Source: an uncultured Candidatus Binatia bacterium (GTDB taxonomy: Bacteria > Desulfobacterota > Binatia > UBA9968 > JAJDTQ01). From it: a DNA stretch of 64,000 bases. The stretch lies in NCBI GenBank assembly GCA_965213675.1, contig OZ243916.1, positions 3,907,525 through 3,971,524 on the forward strand, read 5' to 3'. Below the pieces are notes generated by a model that made no database searches, was not told where the DNA came from, and saw nothing but the letters and a program-made list of their open reading frames with translations. The position numbers were made by a program, and so were the translations under genes. This document shows, piece after piece, positions 31,692 to 42,419 of the stretch. Within the stretch, counting starts at the first letter, position 1, and every line of letters starts with the position of its first letter.

Positions 31692-32576
31692 TCAGGTCCA
31701 CGGGTCTTGGCCGGCCGACTCCTCGCCGTCGATGCGCTCGATCACCACTGCGGTGTGGAGGACCGAACCGCCGGCGCCACGGAACGTGCCGCGGGTGGGC
31801 GGAACGTCGGCGTAGTCCCGTCCAACGGCGACCCGGACGTGACGCGCGTCGCCTTCGGTGTCGTTGGTCGGGTCGAACCCGATCCAGCCGAGGCCGGGAA
31901 ACCAGGCTTCCACCCACGCGTGGCTCTCGCCTTCCGCCACCCCCGTCGCGGCGGGGCCCAGGTAGCCCGAGACATAGCGGCACGGGATTCCCCATCCACG
32001 CAGGATCGCCGCCATCACGTGCGCGTAGTCCTGGCAAACGCCTCGACCGGTCTCGAGAATGCGGTCGATGGGCGAGTCCGCCGTGGTTTCGCCTGGCGCG
32101 TACTCTAACACGCCGTAGAGCGTGGCGCAAAGATCCCGGGTACTGCGGAGCGGGTCGTCGCTGGGGGCGATGCCGTGTTTCGCCAGGAACTTCTCCAGGG
32201 CCGGGCTCGGCGCCACGAAGCGGCTGGGGTGGAGCATCGGCCACAGCGCGCCCTGGCGCCCGGTCTGACGAAGACGTGTCCACGCCTCGGGCTCCAACCG
32301 TTCCGGGGCACGCGCCGGCGGTTCCAACTCCACCACGGAACGGGCGACGACGCGGAGTTCGTCGCGCACCCGCGGCCGGTCGAAGAAATGCCCGGTGTTG
32401 CCGAAGGGATCGGTAAACTCGAACAGGGCGCCGTCCGGCTCGGTCTCGAGAAGAAACTCCTGCATCAACTGCGCGCGGTCCCGGAGAGGGCAGACGTAGA
32501 GCGTCATCACCGACTCCTCCACCGGCCCGGTATAGCGAAAGCGCATGCGGTGCTCGATGTGGTAGGTCACCGTCAC
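31692..32576 (-). CDS. transglutaminase family protein with Bact_transglu_N domain
   Basis: YHIEHRMRFRY, GVCQDYAH, RYVSGY, SHAWVE, GFDPTN, GRDYADV. Confidence 0.93.
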   Translation of the reverse strand: MTVTYHIEHRMRFRYTGPVEESVMTLYVCPLRDRAQLMQEFLLETEPDGALFEFTDPFGNTGHFFDRPRVRDELRVVARSVVELEPPARAPERLEPEAWTRLRQTGRQGALWPMLHPSRFVAPSPALEKFLAKHGIAPSDDPLRSTRDLCATLYGVLEYAPGETTADSPIDRILETGRGVCQDYAHVMAAILRGWGIPCRYVSGYLGPAATGVAEGESHAWVEAWFPGLGWIGFDPTNDTEGDARHVRVAVGRDYADVPPTRGTFRGAGGSVLHTAVVIERIDGEESAGQDPWT

Positions 32577-33544
32577 GTCACGGCCTCCTGCGGCAGCGAA
32601 TGGGTGACGTAAGCGGCCATGGTGAGGTCGTGGAGCATGCGCCCGTGCTGTCCCACCGAGCGGAAGAACTCGGCGCCCTCGGCGGAAAGGTCGGTGAGTT
32701 CCACTTCGATGGACGCGGCCAGCCGCAACGCCATACGGTGGGGCGCCGCCATGGGGTAGCGCGCGCCCACCGGATCGATTCCCGTCAACACTTGGGTGAT
32801 GCGCAGGGTCGCGAAACGCAGCGAGCGGGGAACTTCCGGGTCTTGTGTGAGAAGGCCCAGGGCCTGCGCCCGTTCGACATTGGTGGAATGCCGCCGGCAG
32901 TAAACCTCGTAGGCGCCGCACACGCGCAGCAGGTCGGCCCACGACAGTGCGCCCGCGTCCGCTTCGTCGCGGTTGAAATCGACCCAGCCCGCGAGCAGCT
33001 CCGCCTGATGTTGCACGCGTTCGATGAATCGGCCCAACTCCAGAAAGCGCCACGCTTCGTCCCGGGGCATGACCGCCTCCACGACTCCCGCCAACAGATT
33101 CAGTCGATCAATGGCCTCGCTCACCAGGTTCGACGGACCGCGCGCCCAAGCCTCGGTGAAGTCGCTGTCACGGATCCACAGGTAGCCCTGGTTGAGGCAG
33201 GTCCAGACCGGCAGCGGCAAATGCGCCCGTACCCGTTGTCCGTTCTCGCGCGCGTACTCCCAGCAGGACAACAGGGAATCCGGATTCGCCCGTTCCTCCA
33301 CAAGGTCGCCGGCAAGGGTGTAGGCGTCCGGAATGACCACCGTTTCGGCGTCTTCGCCGATGGCCGCGGTTCCCGCGGATGGTCGCCCGAGTATCTGGTA
33401 GACCGCCTGCCACCCCAGGGTCAGCTCGTCCGGCCGCCGATCCGGCAGTCGCTCGAGTTGAAAGCGGAGAAGCCGCGCCGTGTGCTCGATGCGCTCCGCG
33501 TGACGGCCCAGCCAGTAGAACTCGGTTGCTAGGCGCGCGAGCAT
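32573..33544 (-). CDS. alpha-E domain protein
   Basis: MLARLATEFYWLGRHAERIEHTAR, ARENG, LELGRFIER, PRSL. Confidence 0.9.
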   Translation of the reverse strand: MLARLATEFYWLGRHAERIEHTARLLRFQLERLPDRRPDELTLGWQAVYQILGRPSAGTAAIGEDAETVVIPDAYTLAGDLVEERANPDSLLSCWEYARENGQRVRAHLPLPVWTCLNQGYLWIRDSDFTEAWARGPSNLVSEAIDRLNLLAGVVEAVMPRDEAWRFLELGRFIERVQHQAELLAGWVDFNRDEADAGALSWADLLRVCGAYEVYCRRHSTNVERAQALGLLTQDPEVPRSLRFATLRITQVLTGIDPVGARYPMAAPHRMALRLAASIEVELTDLSAEGAEFFRSVGQHGRMLHDLTMAAYVTHSLPQEAVT

Positions 33545-33570
33545 GATCCGTTCCTCGATCCCCGCCGCAC

Positions 33571-35031
33571 TCAATCCTCCACGATCCACAAATCCTTGCA
33601 GCCGCCGCCCTGGCTGGAGTTGACGACCAGGCTGCCGCGGCGCAACGCGACCCGGCACAACCCTCCGGGAACCACGTGCTGCTGGTCCCGACCCTGCAGC
33701 ACGAACGGACGCAGGTCGACATGGCGCGGCTCGATGGCGCCGTCGATGAAGCACGGCGCGCGGGACAGCGCGAGCACCGGCTGGGCGATGAAATTGGCAG
33801 GATCGGCGCGCAGCCGTTCGGCGTAGCGGGCGCGTTCGTCGGCGCTGGCGTGGGGACCCACGAGCATGCCGTAGCCTCCCGCCCCGCCCACTTCCTTGAC
33901 CACCAACTCCTCGAGGTGCTCCAGCGTGTAGGTCAGATTCTCGGGTTCACGGCACAGATAGGTCTCCACGTTCGCGAGGATCGGCTCCTCCCCGAGGTAG
34001 TAGCGAATGATCGCCGGCACGTACGCATACACGCCCTTGTCGTCGGCCACGCCGGTGCCGGGGGCGTTGGCAAGCACCACATTGCCCGCGCGGAATGCGT
34101 GGAACAGCCCCGCCGTGCCCAAGGCCGAGTCGGAGCGGAAACGCACCGGATCGAGGAAGTCGTCATCGATCCTTCGGTAGAGCACGTCCACGCGCCGGAG
34201 GCCGGAGGTGGTGCGGGCGTAGATGGCGCTGTCGCGCAGGACCAGATCCTGTCCCTCCACGAGATCGATGCCCATCTCGCCGGCGAGAAAGGCGTGCTCG
34301 TAGTATGCCGCGTTGTGCATGCCGGGGGTCAGGATCGCCACGTTGGGATTGTCCCGCGCCGGTCGCAGCGAGGCCAGGGTGGCGTAGAGCAACTCCGAGT
34401 AGTCGGACACCTCGCGCACCCGGTTGGCGCGATAGAGGCGCGGGAAGGCGTCCTTGATGGCGTTCCGGCAGGCGAGCATGTACGAAACGCCGGAAGGTAC
34501 CCGCAGGTTGTCCTCGAGGACGGCGAAACCGTCGTGGGTGCGCACCACGTCGGTGCCGCACACGGTGACGTAGATGTCGTGCGGCACCTTGATGCCGCGC
34601 ATCTCCATGCGGTACTGCGGGCAGCCCAGCACCAAGTCGATGGGGACGATGCCCTCCTTGAGGCACCGGCCTTCGTGATAGACGTCCTTGAGGAAGAGAT
34701 TGAGGGCCGCCAAGCGTTGCTTGAGGCCACGCTCGAGGTGGTCCCACTCCGCCGCGGTCAGCACCCGCGGGACGCAGTCGATGGGAATGATCTGTTCGGT
34801 GACCTTGTCGGCGTCGAGCACCGTGAAGGTGATGCCTTCGTGGAGGAAGTGCCGGTGGACGCCGTCCTGCAGCTTGACGAGATCGTCCGGCGTCAGTTCC
34901 GCCAACGCCGCGTGCAGTCTGCGGGAAGCCTCGCGGGGGTTGCCGCGAGCCTGGAACATCTCATCGTAGAACCCCGCATCCAGGTCATAGTCCGAAAAAA
35001 CCCCGTCTCCCGCTGCTCGAAGCTGCGACAC
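33571..35031 (-). CDS. circularly permuted ATP-grasp type 2 protein
   Basis: YDEM, LEDNLRVPSGVSY, YRRIDDDFLDP, NAPGTGVADDK, VNSSQGGGCKD. Confidence 0.93.
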   Translation of the reverse strand: MSQLRAAGDGVFSDYDLDAGFYDEMFQARGNPREASRRLHAALAELTPDDLVKLQDGVHRHFLHEGITFTVLDADKVTEQIIPIDCVPRVLTAAEWDHLERGLKQRLAALNLFLKDVYHEGRCLKEGIVPIDLVLGCPQYRMEMRGIKVPHDIYVTVCGTDVVRTHDGFAVLEDNLRVPSGVSYMLACRNAIKDAFPRLYRANRVREVSDYSELLYATLASLRPARDNPNVAILTPGMHNAAYYEHAFLAGEMGIDLVEGQDLVLRDSAIYARTTSGLRRVDVLYRRIDDDFLDPVRFRSDSALGTAGLFHAFRAGNVVLANAPGTGVADDKGVYAYVPAIIRYYLGEEPILANVETYLCREPENLTYTLEHLEELVVKEVGGAGGYGMLVGPHASADERARYAERLRADPANFIAQPVLALSRAPCFIDGAIEPRHVDLRPFVLQGRDQQHVVPGGLCRVALRRGSLVVNSSQGGGCKDLWIVED

Positions 35032-35059
35032 GCCGCCTCCGCACAGGTTTCTGGAAAAG

Positions 35060-35135
<76 letters not shown>

Positions 35136-35265
35136 ACACCCGGGAACAAAGGCGGTTGCGGATTCATCAGGACGCGCAACCACCGGACGGATAGAAAACA
35201 ATAACCGAAACGTGGGGCGGGAAGCAAGCGGGGCGCACAGGCATGCAAGTCCGGCAGGCTGCCAG

Positions 35266-36972
35266 TCAGGCCCGCCCGGACTCGCCGACCTTGAGCATCT
35301 CTGCGGCGTGCCGTTCCGCCTGAGCGGTCACCTTCACGCCGGCCAGCATCCGCGCCAGTTCGCGCACGCGCTCGGCCTCCTCGAGTTTCCGCACCGTGGT
35401 GAACGTGCGGCCTTGTGCGACGGTCTTCTCCACCACGTAGTGCGAGCGCGCCAGCGCGGCGATGGGGGCCAGGTGCGTCACGCAGATCACCTGGTGGGAG
35501 CGCGCCACGGCGGCGAGCCTCCGGCCCACCATTTCGGCCACGCCGCCGCCGATACCGGCATCCACCTCGTCGAACAGCAGCGTGGGGATCTCGCTCCCGG
35601 TCAGCACGATGGACTTGAGCGCCAGCATGAGGCGTGACAGCTCGCCGCCCGAGGCGATCCGGGCGAGCGGTTGGGCGGCATGGCCGGGGTTCGGCGAAAA
35701 GAAGAACTCGGGATCGTCGGCGCCGTCCGGTCCGAGACGCCGGCCGCCCATCACGAACGGCGGCTCGTCGCGCGTGGCGCCGCGCGCGTGGAAACGCACC
35801 TCGAAGGTCGTGTGCGGCAGGCCGAGCTGGCCGGTTTCCTGCTCCATGCGGCGCTGGAGCGTCTTGGCGGCGCGCTTGCGCAGGCGAGACAGTTCCTCCG
35901 CCGCGGTCCATGCCGAATCCCGCGCGCTCTCGAACTCCCGCGTCAGCGCGGCCAGATCTTCCTCGCCGCGGTCGATGGCCGCGAGTTCCTCCCTTGCCCG
36001 TTCGGCCAAGGCCAGGATTTCGTCCACCGGCGCGCGGTATTTGCGTCTCAGCCGGTTGATCTCGGCCAGACGGTCCTCGATCCGTTCCAACTCCCGCGGG
36101 TCGAAGTTCAGCCGATCCGCATACTGGCGGATCAAGGCCGCGGCTTCATCGATCTGTGCCGCTGATCCCTCCAGCAGCGTCACCGCCTCGGACAACGCGC
36201 CGTCGATGGCCGCCATTTCCCGCAGGCGCGGGAGGTACCGTCCCAGCGCTCCCACCACCGCGTTGTCGTCGTCATAGAGGAGGCCCTGGCCCTCCTTGCA
36301 CGTCTCGTAGAGTCTCTCGGAATGGACGATCAGCCGCCGCCGGTCCAGCAACGCTTCTTCTTCGCCAGGTTCGAGCCCACTGTCTTCGATCTCGCGCGCC
36401 TGGGCGCGCAGCAACGCTTCTTCCCGCGCCGCGTCCGCGAGCTTTTCCCGGAGATCGCATACCCGTTGCCAAGCGTCCGCCAACGCGGTGAAACGTTCCT
36501 TCATGGCGGTTGCCTTGGGCGCGAGGTCGCCGTGGGCGTCGAGCAGGGCCAGGTGGGTCTCGGTGCGCAGCAGCGTGTGCTGCTCGTGTTGCCCGTAGAT
36601 ATGGATCAGGCCGGCGCCGATCCCGGGAAGGAACGAACGCGGGGTCAGGCCGCCGTTCAGATAGATGCGGCCTCGGCCCCCGCGGGTGACCACTCGCCGC
36701 AGCACCAGCTCGTCGTCGTCGCAGCCGGCCGCCTCCAGGGCGCCGCGCGTGGGCGCCGGAAGGTCGCCGAACAGGGCCTCCACCGCGGCCTCGGTCTCCC
36801 CCGCGCGGATCAGGTCGGAGGACGCCCGACCTCCCAGGATCAGGTTCAGCGCGGCAAGGACCATGGTCTTGCCGGCGCCGGTCTCGCCCGTCACCACGTT
36901 CAGCCCGGGCCCCAGCTCCAGCTCGGCCTGATCGATGACGGCGATGTTGCGGATGCGGAGTTGCTGCAGCAT
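35266..36972 (-). CDS. recN: DNA repair protein RecN
   Basis: [39 protein letters not shown]. Confidence 0.96.
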   Translation of the reverse strand: MLQQLRIRNIAVIDQAELELGPGLNVVTGETGAGKTMVLAALNLILGGRASSDLIRAGETEAAVEALFGDLPAPTRGALEAAGCDDDELVLRRVVTRGGRGRIYLNGGLTPRSFLPGIGAGLIHIYGQHEQHTLLRTETHLALLDAHGDLAPKATAMKERFTALADAWQRVCDLREKLADAAREEALLRAQAREIEDSGLEPGEEEALLDRRRLIVHSERLYETCKEGQGLLYDDDNAVVGALGRYLPRLREMAAIDGALSEAVTLLEGSAAQIDEAAALIRQYADRLNFDPRELERIEDRLAEINRLRRKYRAPVDEILALAERAREELAAIDRGEEDLAALTREFESARDSAWTAAEELSRLRKRAAKTLQRRMEQETGQLGLPHTTFEVRFHARGATRDEPPFVMGGRRLGPDGADDPEFFFSPNPGHAAQPLARIASGGELSRLMLALKSIVLTGSEIPTLLFDEVDAGIGGGVAEMVGRRLAAVARSHQVICVTHLAPIAALARSHYVVEKTVAQGRTFTTVRKLEEAERVRELARMLAGVKVTAQAERHAAEMLKVGESGRA

Positions 36973-37002
36973 GGATACCAACGCCGGGGTGACGCATTCA
37001 AT

Positions 37003-37048
37003 CTAGTGTGGTGTCTGGTTAATTCGCGTCATAATCTGCGGGTCTTTT
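37003..37048. mobile_element. isolated end of the IS630-like MITE
   Basis: ctagtgtggtgtctggttaattcgcgtcataatctgcgggtctttt matches 1706-1751. Confidence 0.85.
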
Positions 37049-37209
37049 CTGTGTTGAGATCGTTTTTTTTGGGTTGTTTATCAATATTTTAGGGATATTC
37101 TCATTTCGTTCCGAACCTCCGATCCCCACCACGTTCAGGACACGACCCTATCGCGAATCCCGCCGGAATTCAAAGCCCGGAACATGGCGTAACGCGGGTC
37201 CGACGACCG

Positions 37210-37500
37210 TCATCGCCACCCCGCGGCGATATCGCGGTATGCCTTCAGCATGGCGCGGGCCTTGGCGATGCGGCGCTTGACGCGGCCGCGCATCCAGCCC
37301 CCCGGCCACCAGTCTTCCGCGACTCGTTCGGCGCCCCAGAGCAGCACCGCGATCTCGCGCCAGGTCAGCCCCTTCTGGTCGGCTTCCAGCACCGTCATCC
37401 GTTCCGCCCGTTTCCGTTCCCGTGAGCCCGCCCGCCGATCCCGCGCCGAGGGGACTGGCCCGAGCCCGGCGAAGGGCCCCCCGGGAGACGCTCCACAGGT
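37210..37500 (-). pseudogene. DUF2285-like domain fragment
   Basis: VLEADQKGLTWREIAVLLWGAERVAEDW..MRGRVKRRIAKA; 5' side abuts an IS-like end at 37506. Confidence 0.6.
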
Positions 37501-37950
37501 CGCCCAGCCTGTCGGACTTGAGGTGCGGGACACCTCGAAATGTCTTATTGTCTTCTGGAGGTTCAACGCATGGAGAGGGTTCTGTGTCGGTTCACCGTCG
37601 TGCGAAGGCAACTCGTCCTGGAGCTTGGGTCGGCCCCCTGGTGGGCCACGAGGCGTGGTCAATCTGATCGGCGCCACGACCATCAGGGACGGCTTGGCCA
37701 TCCGCTCGGAGTGGAACAAGGGCACTGTCCGACCGGTCGGAAGGTGAGCGACGAGCAGACGGATATACTCTGTCCATCAAGCACGACGTATTCCTATTCC
37801 ATGGAGAGTGGATATACAGCACTACAGCGGGGCTCCCAGACATCCGCAATTGACCAAATTAATTCGGCGAGACTCTTTTGGAGAGAGTTGCTCATCCGAG
37901 AGAGTAGTCCGAGGTGCTCGAACCGGTATCAGCTACAAGGAAGGCATCGA

Positions 37951-40266
37951 ATGAGATTGGCACGGAGTCCAGGTCGTCTGCTCCGGGCGTTGATTCTGGC
38001 CGTGGCACTCATGGCCTTGTCCGGCTGCGGCGGCGATAGGTCAGCGCCGCCGCCTCCACCACCACCCACGGACACCGGAGGTTTCACGCCGGACCGTGAA
38101 CATCCGGTGGGTTTCCCGGCGACGTGGCACGGCGGCTCCGGCCAGGAGCGCAGGGTAGCGAGGGAGGAAGCGGCGAGGGTCACGGCGATGCACGGCCGAG
38201 GGGGGACCGGGGCGGGCGAAACGGTCGGGGTGTTCGACTCCGGGGTGAACTCCGACCATGTCGACTTGCGCGGGCAGTATGCCGCTAGTTGCTCCATGGG
38301 TCTGTGCAGCGGCGCGATGGGCAGCGACGACGACCGGCGTACCGAACTCGACAGGGCCGACCATAGTCCGCTGTACGACACCGACGGTCACGGCACGAAC
38401 GTGCTCGGGGTTGTCGCGGCCAGCAGAAACGGGGCGGGGGTGTACGGCGTGGCCTACGAGGCCCGGATTGCATCCTACGGGAACTCGGCTCCGGTTCCCT
38501 GGGACGACGGGACATGCTTCGACTGCGGGCTCGGTGCACTCCAGCATTTGTGGGGCGGAGTCTTCGACCGGCAGACCGCTCGGGGAATTGACTGGATGCG
38601 GTCGCTCGGGGTCGGCGCCACGAACATGAGCTGGTTCCGAACCAAGTCGTGGAGCTTGGACCTTAACCTGACGGACGACTACGTCGGCCGCATCATGCCG
38701 AAGTCGCTGCCGGCGTTCCGGGCCTATGTGGAGGCGGGCGGTGTCGTCGTGTGGGCGGCCGGGAACAGCAGAAGTGTCAACCCGCACATGGAGGCGGTGC
38801 TGCCCAGGCACTTTCCGGATCTGGAGAAGGGATGGCTGGCGGTGGTGGGCATCGGCTCGGACGGCCGCATAGCGGGGTATTCGTCGCTGTGCGGGGTTGC
38901 GGCCGACTGGTGCATTGCCGCGCCGGGATTGCTCCTCACGACCCGGCGCAGCGGACTTTGGGATTTCGTTGGAGGCACCTCGGTGGCGGCACCCTATGTC
39001 ACGGCCGGTCTGGCGGCGTTGAAGAGCATGTTTCCGAACCTGAGCTACCACGACGTGCGCGCGCGCATTCTCGCAACGGCCGACAAATCCTCCCACTACG
39101 GCCAAAGGGAGATCTACGGACAGGGACGGCTCGACCTGGACGCCGCTTCGCGGCCGATGGGCGGCACGAACTTCGCGGTGGGCGCCATGGACGAGGGAGC
39201 GGTCGTGCCGACCGACGGGGCGCAAGTCGTGCTGCCGCGCGACGCGATCGAGCGGTACCTGGGCGGCCGGACCATCGTGGTTCTGGACGGTTTCCAGCGT
39301 GCGCCGTTCGAAGTCGGACTGGACGTCTTGGCTGAGGCGCGCGGTCCGTATCTCTCCATGGACGACCTCGACCTGGTGCCGCAGCGCCAACACTACAGTG
39401 AGCGGAACGGCCTGGGTACGGTTGCTGCCGACGGTTACGGCAGCCGGGCGGGTGGTCTCGTGGGCCAGCGCTCGTTCGTCGGAATCGGCCAGGGACGGGG
39501 CGTTGTGCAGAGTCTGGCGCATCTGGGCGGACCCGGGCTTCCGGTAAGTGGCTACCGGATGTCAGGAGAGGCGGCCGGGATCGCCTTGGGTTTCAGCGGC
39601 GAGCTTGGCCGCTGGCAGGCCGTGGCGGCGAGGGGCGTCCGGGAACGGGAGACCGGGGGTGTCGGGATTTCGGGGTGGAACCCGCAGACGGTGCTGGCGG
39701 CGTCGTTCTCCTCGAACCGTTCAGGAGAAGCCGCCGGAGTTGACACGTTTGGCGTGGCCTTTGCACAGGAACTGCACCGGCCCATGGGCTGGCAAGGTTC
39801 GGGCGCCTTCGGCCTCAAGGGCGACAGCGTCGAGCTTGCGTGGAGACGCAATGTCATGGCCCGCCAGACGGTTCGTATCGACGTCACGAACCGTCTGGCG
39901 CATCTTGCGGTTCGGGGCGGGCCGCTGTTGCGCTTCGACGATGCACAGCTTGCTTCGGTGGACCTCGATGTCTCCTTCCGGCTCCACCGTTTCGTCACGG
40001 TCGGGGCGCGGCTGGGCGCCGAGCGGCCGGTCTCTTCGGTCGCGGGCCGCATTCGAGCGGCTACCGGTGTGGACGAGAGGGGCCGGATCGCCTATCGGGA
40101 TGTCGTGCTGCGCGGCCGGGACCTCCTGTCCCTCAACAAGGCTGCGCTGACCGTCCGCCTGGCCGACGAATCGAGCGCGTCCGTCGCACTGGGCGTGATG
40201 GCGGTGCAGGACGGGTTCGGCCGGACGGAGACTCTTGCGGGAGTGCGGGTGGGGTTCGAATTCTGA
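37951..40266 (+). CDS. S8 subtilase lipoprotein with probable C-terminal outer-membrane beta domain
   Basis: Lipobox ALSGC, poly-Pro linker, triad VFDSG/HGTNV/GTSVAAP, AAGN; terminal VRVGFEF. Confidence 0.88.
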   Translation: MRLARSPGRLLRALILAVALMALSGCGGDRSAPPPPPPPTDTGGFTPDREHPVGFPATWHGGSGQERRVAREEAARVTAMHGRGGTGAGETVGVFDSGVNSDHVDLRGQYAASCSMGLCSGAMGSDDDRRTELDRADHSPLYDTDGHGTNVLGVVAASRNGAGVYGVAYEARIASYGNSAPVPWDDGTCFDCGLGALQHLWGGVFDRQTARGIDWMRSLGVGATNMSWFRTKSWSLDLNLTDDYVGRIMPKSLPAFRAYVEAGGVVVWAAGNSRSVNPHMEAVLPRHFPDLEKGWLAVVGIGSDGRIAGYSSLCGVAADWCIAAPGLLLTTRRSGLWDFVGGTSVAAPYVTAGLAALKSMFPNLSYHDVRARILATADKSSHYGQREIYGQGRLDLDAASRPMGGTNFAVGAMDEGAVVPTDGAQVVLPRDAIERYLGGRTIVVLDGFQRAPFEVGLDVLAEARGPYLSMDDLDLVPQRQHYSERNGLGTVAADGYGSRAGGLVGQRSFVGIGQGRGVVQSLAHLGGPGLPVSGYRMSGEAAGIALGFSGELGRWQAVAARGVRERETGGVGISGWNPQTVLAASFSSNRSGEAAGVDTFGVAFAQELHRPMGWQGSGAFGLKGDSVELAWRRNVMARQTVRIDVTNRLAHLAVRGGPLLRFDDAQLASVDLDVSFRLHRFVTVGARLGAERPVSSVAGRIRAATGVDERGRIAYRDVVLRGRDLLSLNKAALTVRLADESSASVALGVMAVQDGFGRTETLAGVRVGFEF

Positions 40267-40473
40267 CCTTTTCACCGTCCGAGCCCGAGTTCCCGGTCCG
40301 GGCGCGATCCACGCCCGCCTCAGAACCTGCGGCTGTAGCGCACCAGCAGGGCGGCCTTGTTGTCTCCCCTGACGTGCCCGGCGTCACGCGAGGCGGTCAC
40401 GGCTAGGGAAGATCTGAACAAGCGACCTTTCACATGTCATAATGGCGAAAAGGCCAGGGCATGGAGGGGAAAC

Positions 40474-40630
40474 GATGAGACAGGCGAGCTTCGCGGACCT
40501 GGAACATGATCTCGACATCCAGCGCCTTGATCTGCCTTTCGATCTGCGCCAGACGGTATTGGGTTTGGCGCTTCACGAGTCGATGTTGCGCCTTGATCCG
40601 ACGGTCCGCTTGCCGGCCAAAACCGCGGTT
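40474..40630. pseudogene. fused transposase scraps (IS5-like N-terminus on +, IS110-like coiled segment on -)
   Basis: MRQASFADLEHD after GGAGG; opposite strand RLVKRQTQYRLAQIERQIKALDVEI. Confidence 0.5.
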
Positions 40631-40633
40631 GTT

Positions 40634-40648
40634 CAGACACCACACTAG
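40634..40648. mobile_element. inward-facing 15-bp IS630-like terminal repeat
   Basis: cagacaccacactag, the reverse complement of 37003-37017; overlaps the nadK TAG. Confidence 0.7.
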
Positions 40649-41496
40649 CGCTCTCCCCACTTGAGTTTGTTGCGGAGTACGTCGAAATACGACCGCGTGG
40701 GAATACGCACGAGCGACACCGGCGACTTGTGCCGGCGCACCTCTACGCGGTCGCCGTTGTTCAACAGGATTCCCTCCTGACCGTCGGGGATCAGGATGAC
40801 GGTGTCTCCGGACGATCTCAGGGTGGATCGGATGCGCGCGTCGCTGGCGATGACGATGGGCCGGTTGGTGGTCAGCGTGTGCGGGCAGATGGGACAGAGG
40901 ATGATGGCGCTCATGGCCGGATGAAGAATCGGGCCTCCCGCGGCCAGCGAATACGCCGTCGATCCCGTGGGCGTGGAGATGATGAGTCCGTCGGCCCGGT
41001 AGGTGCACAGGTAATCGCTGCCGACGTAGGTTTCCAGATTGATGATCTTGGAACGGGCGCCCTTGGTGATGACCGCGTCGTTGAGGATACGGAGGTGCTG
41101 GACGCCGTCCTGGCCTTCGATGCTGACCTGCAAGGTCATGCGTTTCTCGATGGTGTAGTTCTCAGCGATGGTGCTCGTGAGGACTTCTTCGAGTTCGTCC
41201 AGCGCGATTTCGGTAATGAAGCCGAGGCCCCCGAGGTTCACGCCCACCACGGGCACCTCGGGCCGTTCCACCAGCCGGGCAATGCTCAGGAGCGTGCCAT
41301 CTCCGCCCAGGACGACGATCAGGTCGGCGCGTTCGGCCATCTCCCCCTTGCGCGCGACGTTTCCGCCCACGGCGCCGTACTCCGCCTCGACGAGCACCTC
41401 CATGCCGCGGCCCTCCAGCCACGGTATGGTTCCGCGCATGATCGTCTCGGCCTTCTCTTCTCCGTACTTCGCGACGATTCCGACAACGTGGATCAT
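40645..41496 (-). CDS. nadK: NAD kinase
   Basis: GGDGT, NLGGLGF, LND, DGLIISTPTGSTAYSLAAGG, PICPH. Confidence 0.96.
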   Translation of the reverse strand: MIHVVGIVAKYGEEKAETIMRGTIPWLEGRGMEVLVEAEYGAVGGNVARKGEMAERADLIVVLGGDGTLLSIARLVERPEVPVVGVNLGGLGFITEIALDELEEVLTSTIAENYTIEKRMTLQVSIEGQDGVQHLRILNDAVITKGARSKIINLETYVGSDYLCTYRADGLIISTPTGSTAYSLAAGGPILHPAMSAIILCPICPHTLTTNRPIVIASDARIRSTLRSSGDTVILIPDGQEGILLNNGDRVEVRRHKSPVSLVRIPTRSYFDVLRNKLKWGER

Positions 41497-41617
41497 GGTC
41501 TTGCGGCAGAAGTATCACAGGGTGGCCAGGGATGCCATCTTGTGTTTGAAGGTGGAATGGAAGCCCGCTTGAATCGTTCGCAGGATGTTTTCAGGGTTGG
41601 AGAGAAGGGACACCGCG

Positions 41618-42265
41618 ATGGAAATACAGGAACTGCTGGAAGTGATGGCGGCGCGGCGAAGTGTGCGCGTCTACCGGAGCGGGCGGATCACCGACGAGCA
41701 GCTTGCGTTCATGTTCGAGGCGGCCCGGCTTGCACCGTCCGGGGCCAACAGCCAGCCATGGGAGTTCATCGTGACCCGCGACCGGGCCAGGATGCGCAAG
41801 GTGCGGGCCATCTATTCCGCCGAGTGGAATCAGCGCAAGCGCGAGGACCCGGTGAACTACAAGGGTCTCAAGAAGGATTACGTGGGCGACGTGAACGCCT
41901 TGGTCCTGGTGTGCGGCGACGCCCGCACCCGGCGGGTCTATCTCACCACGCGTCAGCCGTCGGATCGGGAGAAGCTCTTCCAGGCCAACGTGGCCAACGC
42001 GGTGGAACACATGATGCTGGCCGCCGCGACCATGGGCTTCGGCACGGTGTGGGTCTCGGTGCGCAAGGAGGTCGAGCCGGAACTGCGCGCGCTGTTCGAG
42101 GTGCCGCGTCCGCTGCGCCTGCTCTGGGTGATGCCCGTGGGGCGGCCGCGCGCCTGGCCCAAGCCCAAGCCGCGCCGCAAGGTCGACGACTTCGTCCACT
42201 GGGAAACCTACGACCGGAGCAAGCTGCGCCCCGAATCGCAGATCACGTCCTGGCCCAAGTCGTAG
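41618..42265 (+). CDS. nitroreductase family protein
   Basis: RRSVRVY, APSGANSQPWEF, LAAATMGFGTVW. Confidence 0.9.
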   Translation: MEIQELLEVMAARRSVRVYRSGRITDEQLAFMFEAARLAPSGANSQPWEFIVTRDRARMRKVRAIYSAEWNQRKREDPVNYKGLKKDYVGDVNALVLVCGDARTRRVYLTTRQPSDREKLFQANVANAVEHMMLAAATMGFGTVWVSVRKEVEPELRALFEVPRPLRLLWVMPVGRPRAWPKPKPRRKVDDFVHWETYDRSKLRPESQITSWPKS

Positions 42266-42374
42266 GACGTTACCGCGACGAACCCTTCGGATCATCGTTC
42301 CCGCGCCCTTTCCGTCACTCCGGCGAAACGGGCTGTGTCAAAACACCATCCGGAGAGGCAGCGACCCCCGGAAT

Positions 42375-42399
42375 CGTCATTCCCGCGAAAGCGGGAATC
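42375..42399. repeat. REP-like palindrome GTCATTCCCGCGAAAGCGGGAATC
   Basis: Perfect stem between convergent genes; related half sites near 42313 and 63620-63643. Confidence 0.7.
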
Positions 42400-42419
42400 G
42401 GCGTACGTTGGGCGCCCGT

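Noticed and set aside
37447-37475. gaggggactggcccgagcccggc resembles a SAM-I riboswitch core
   Set aside because: Lacks the ATC-AGAG and GCAAC elements and overlaps the DUF2285-like frame on the other strand.
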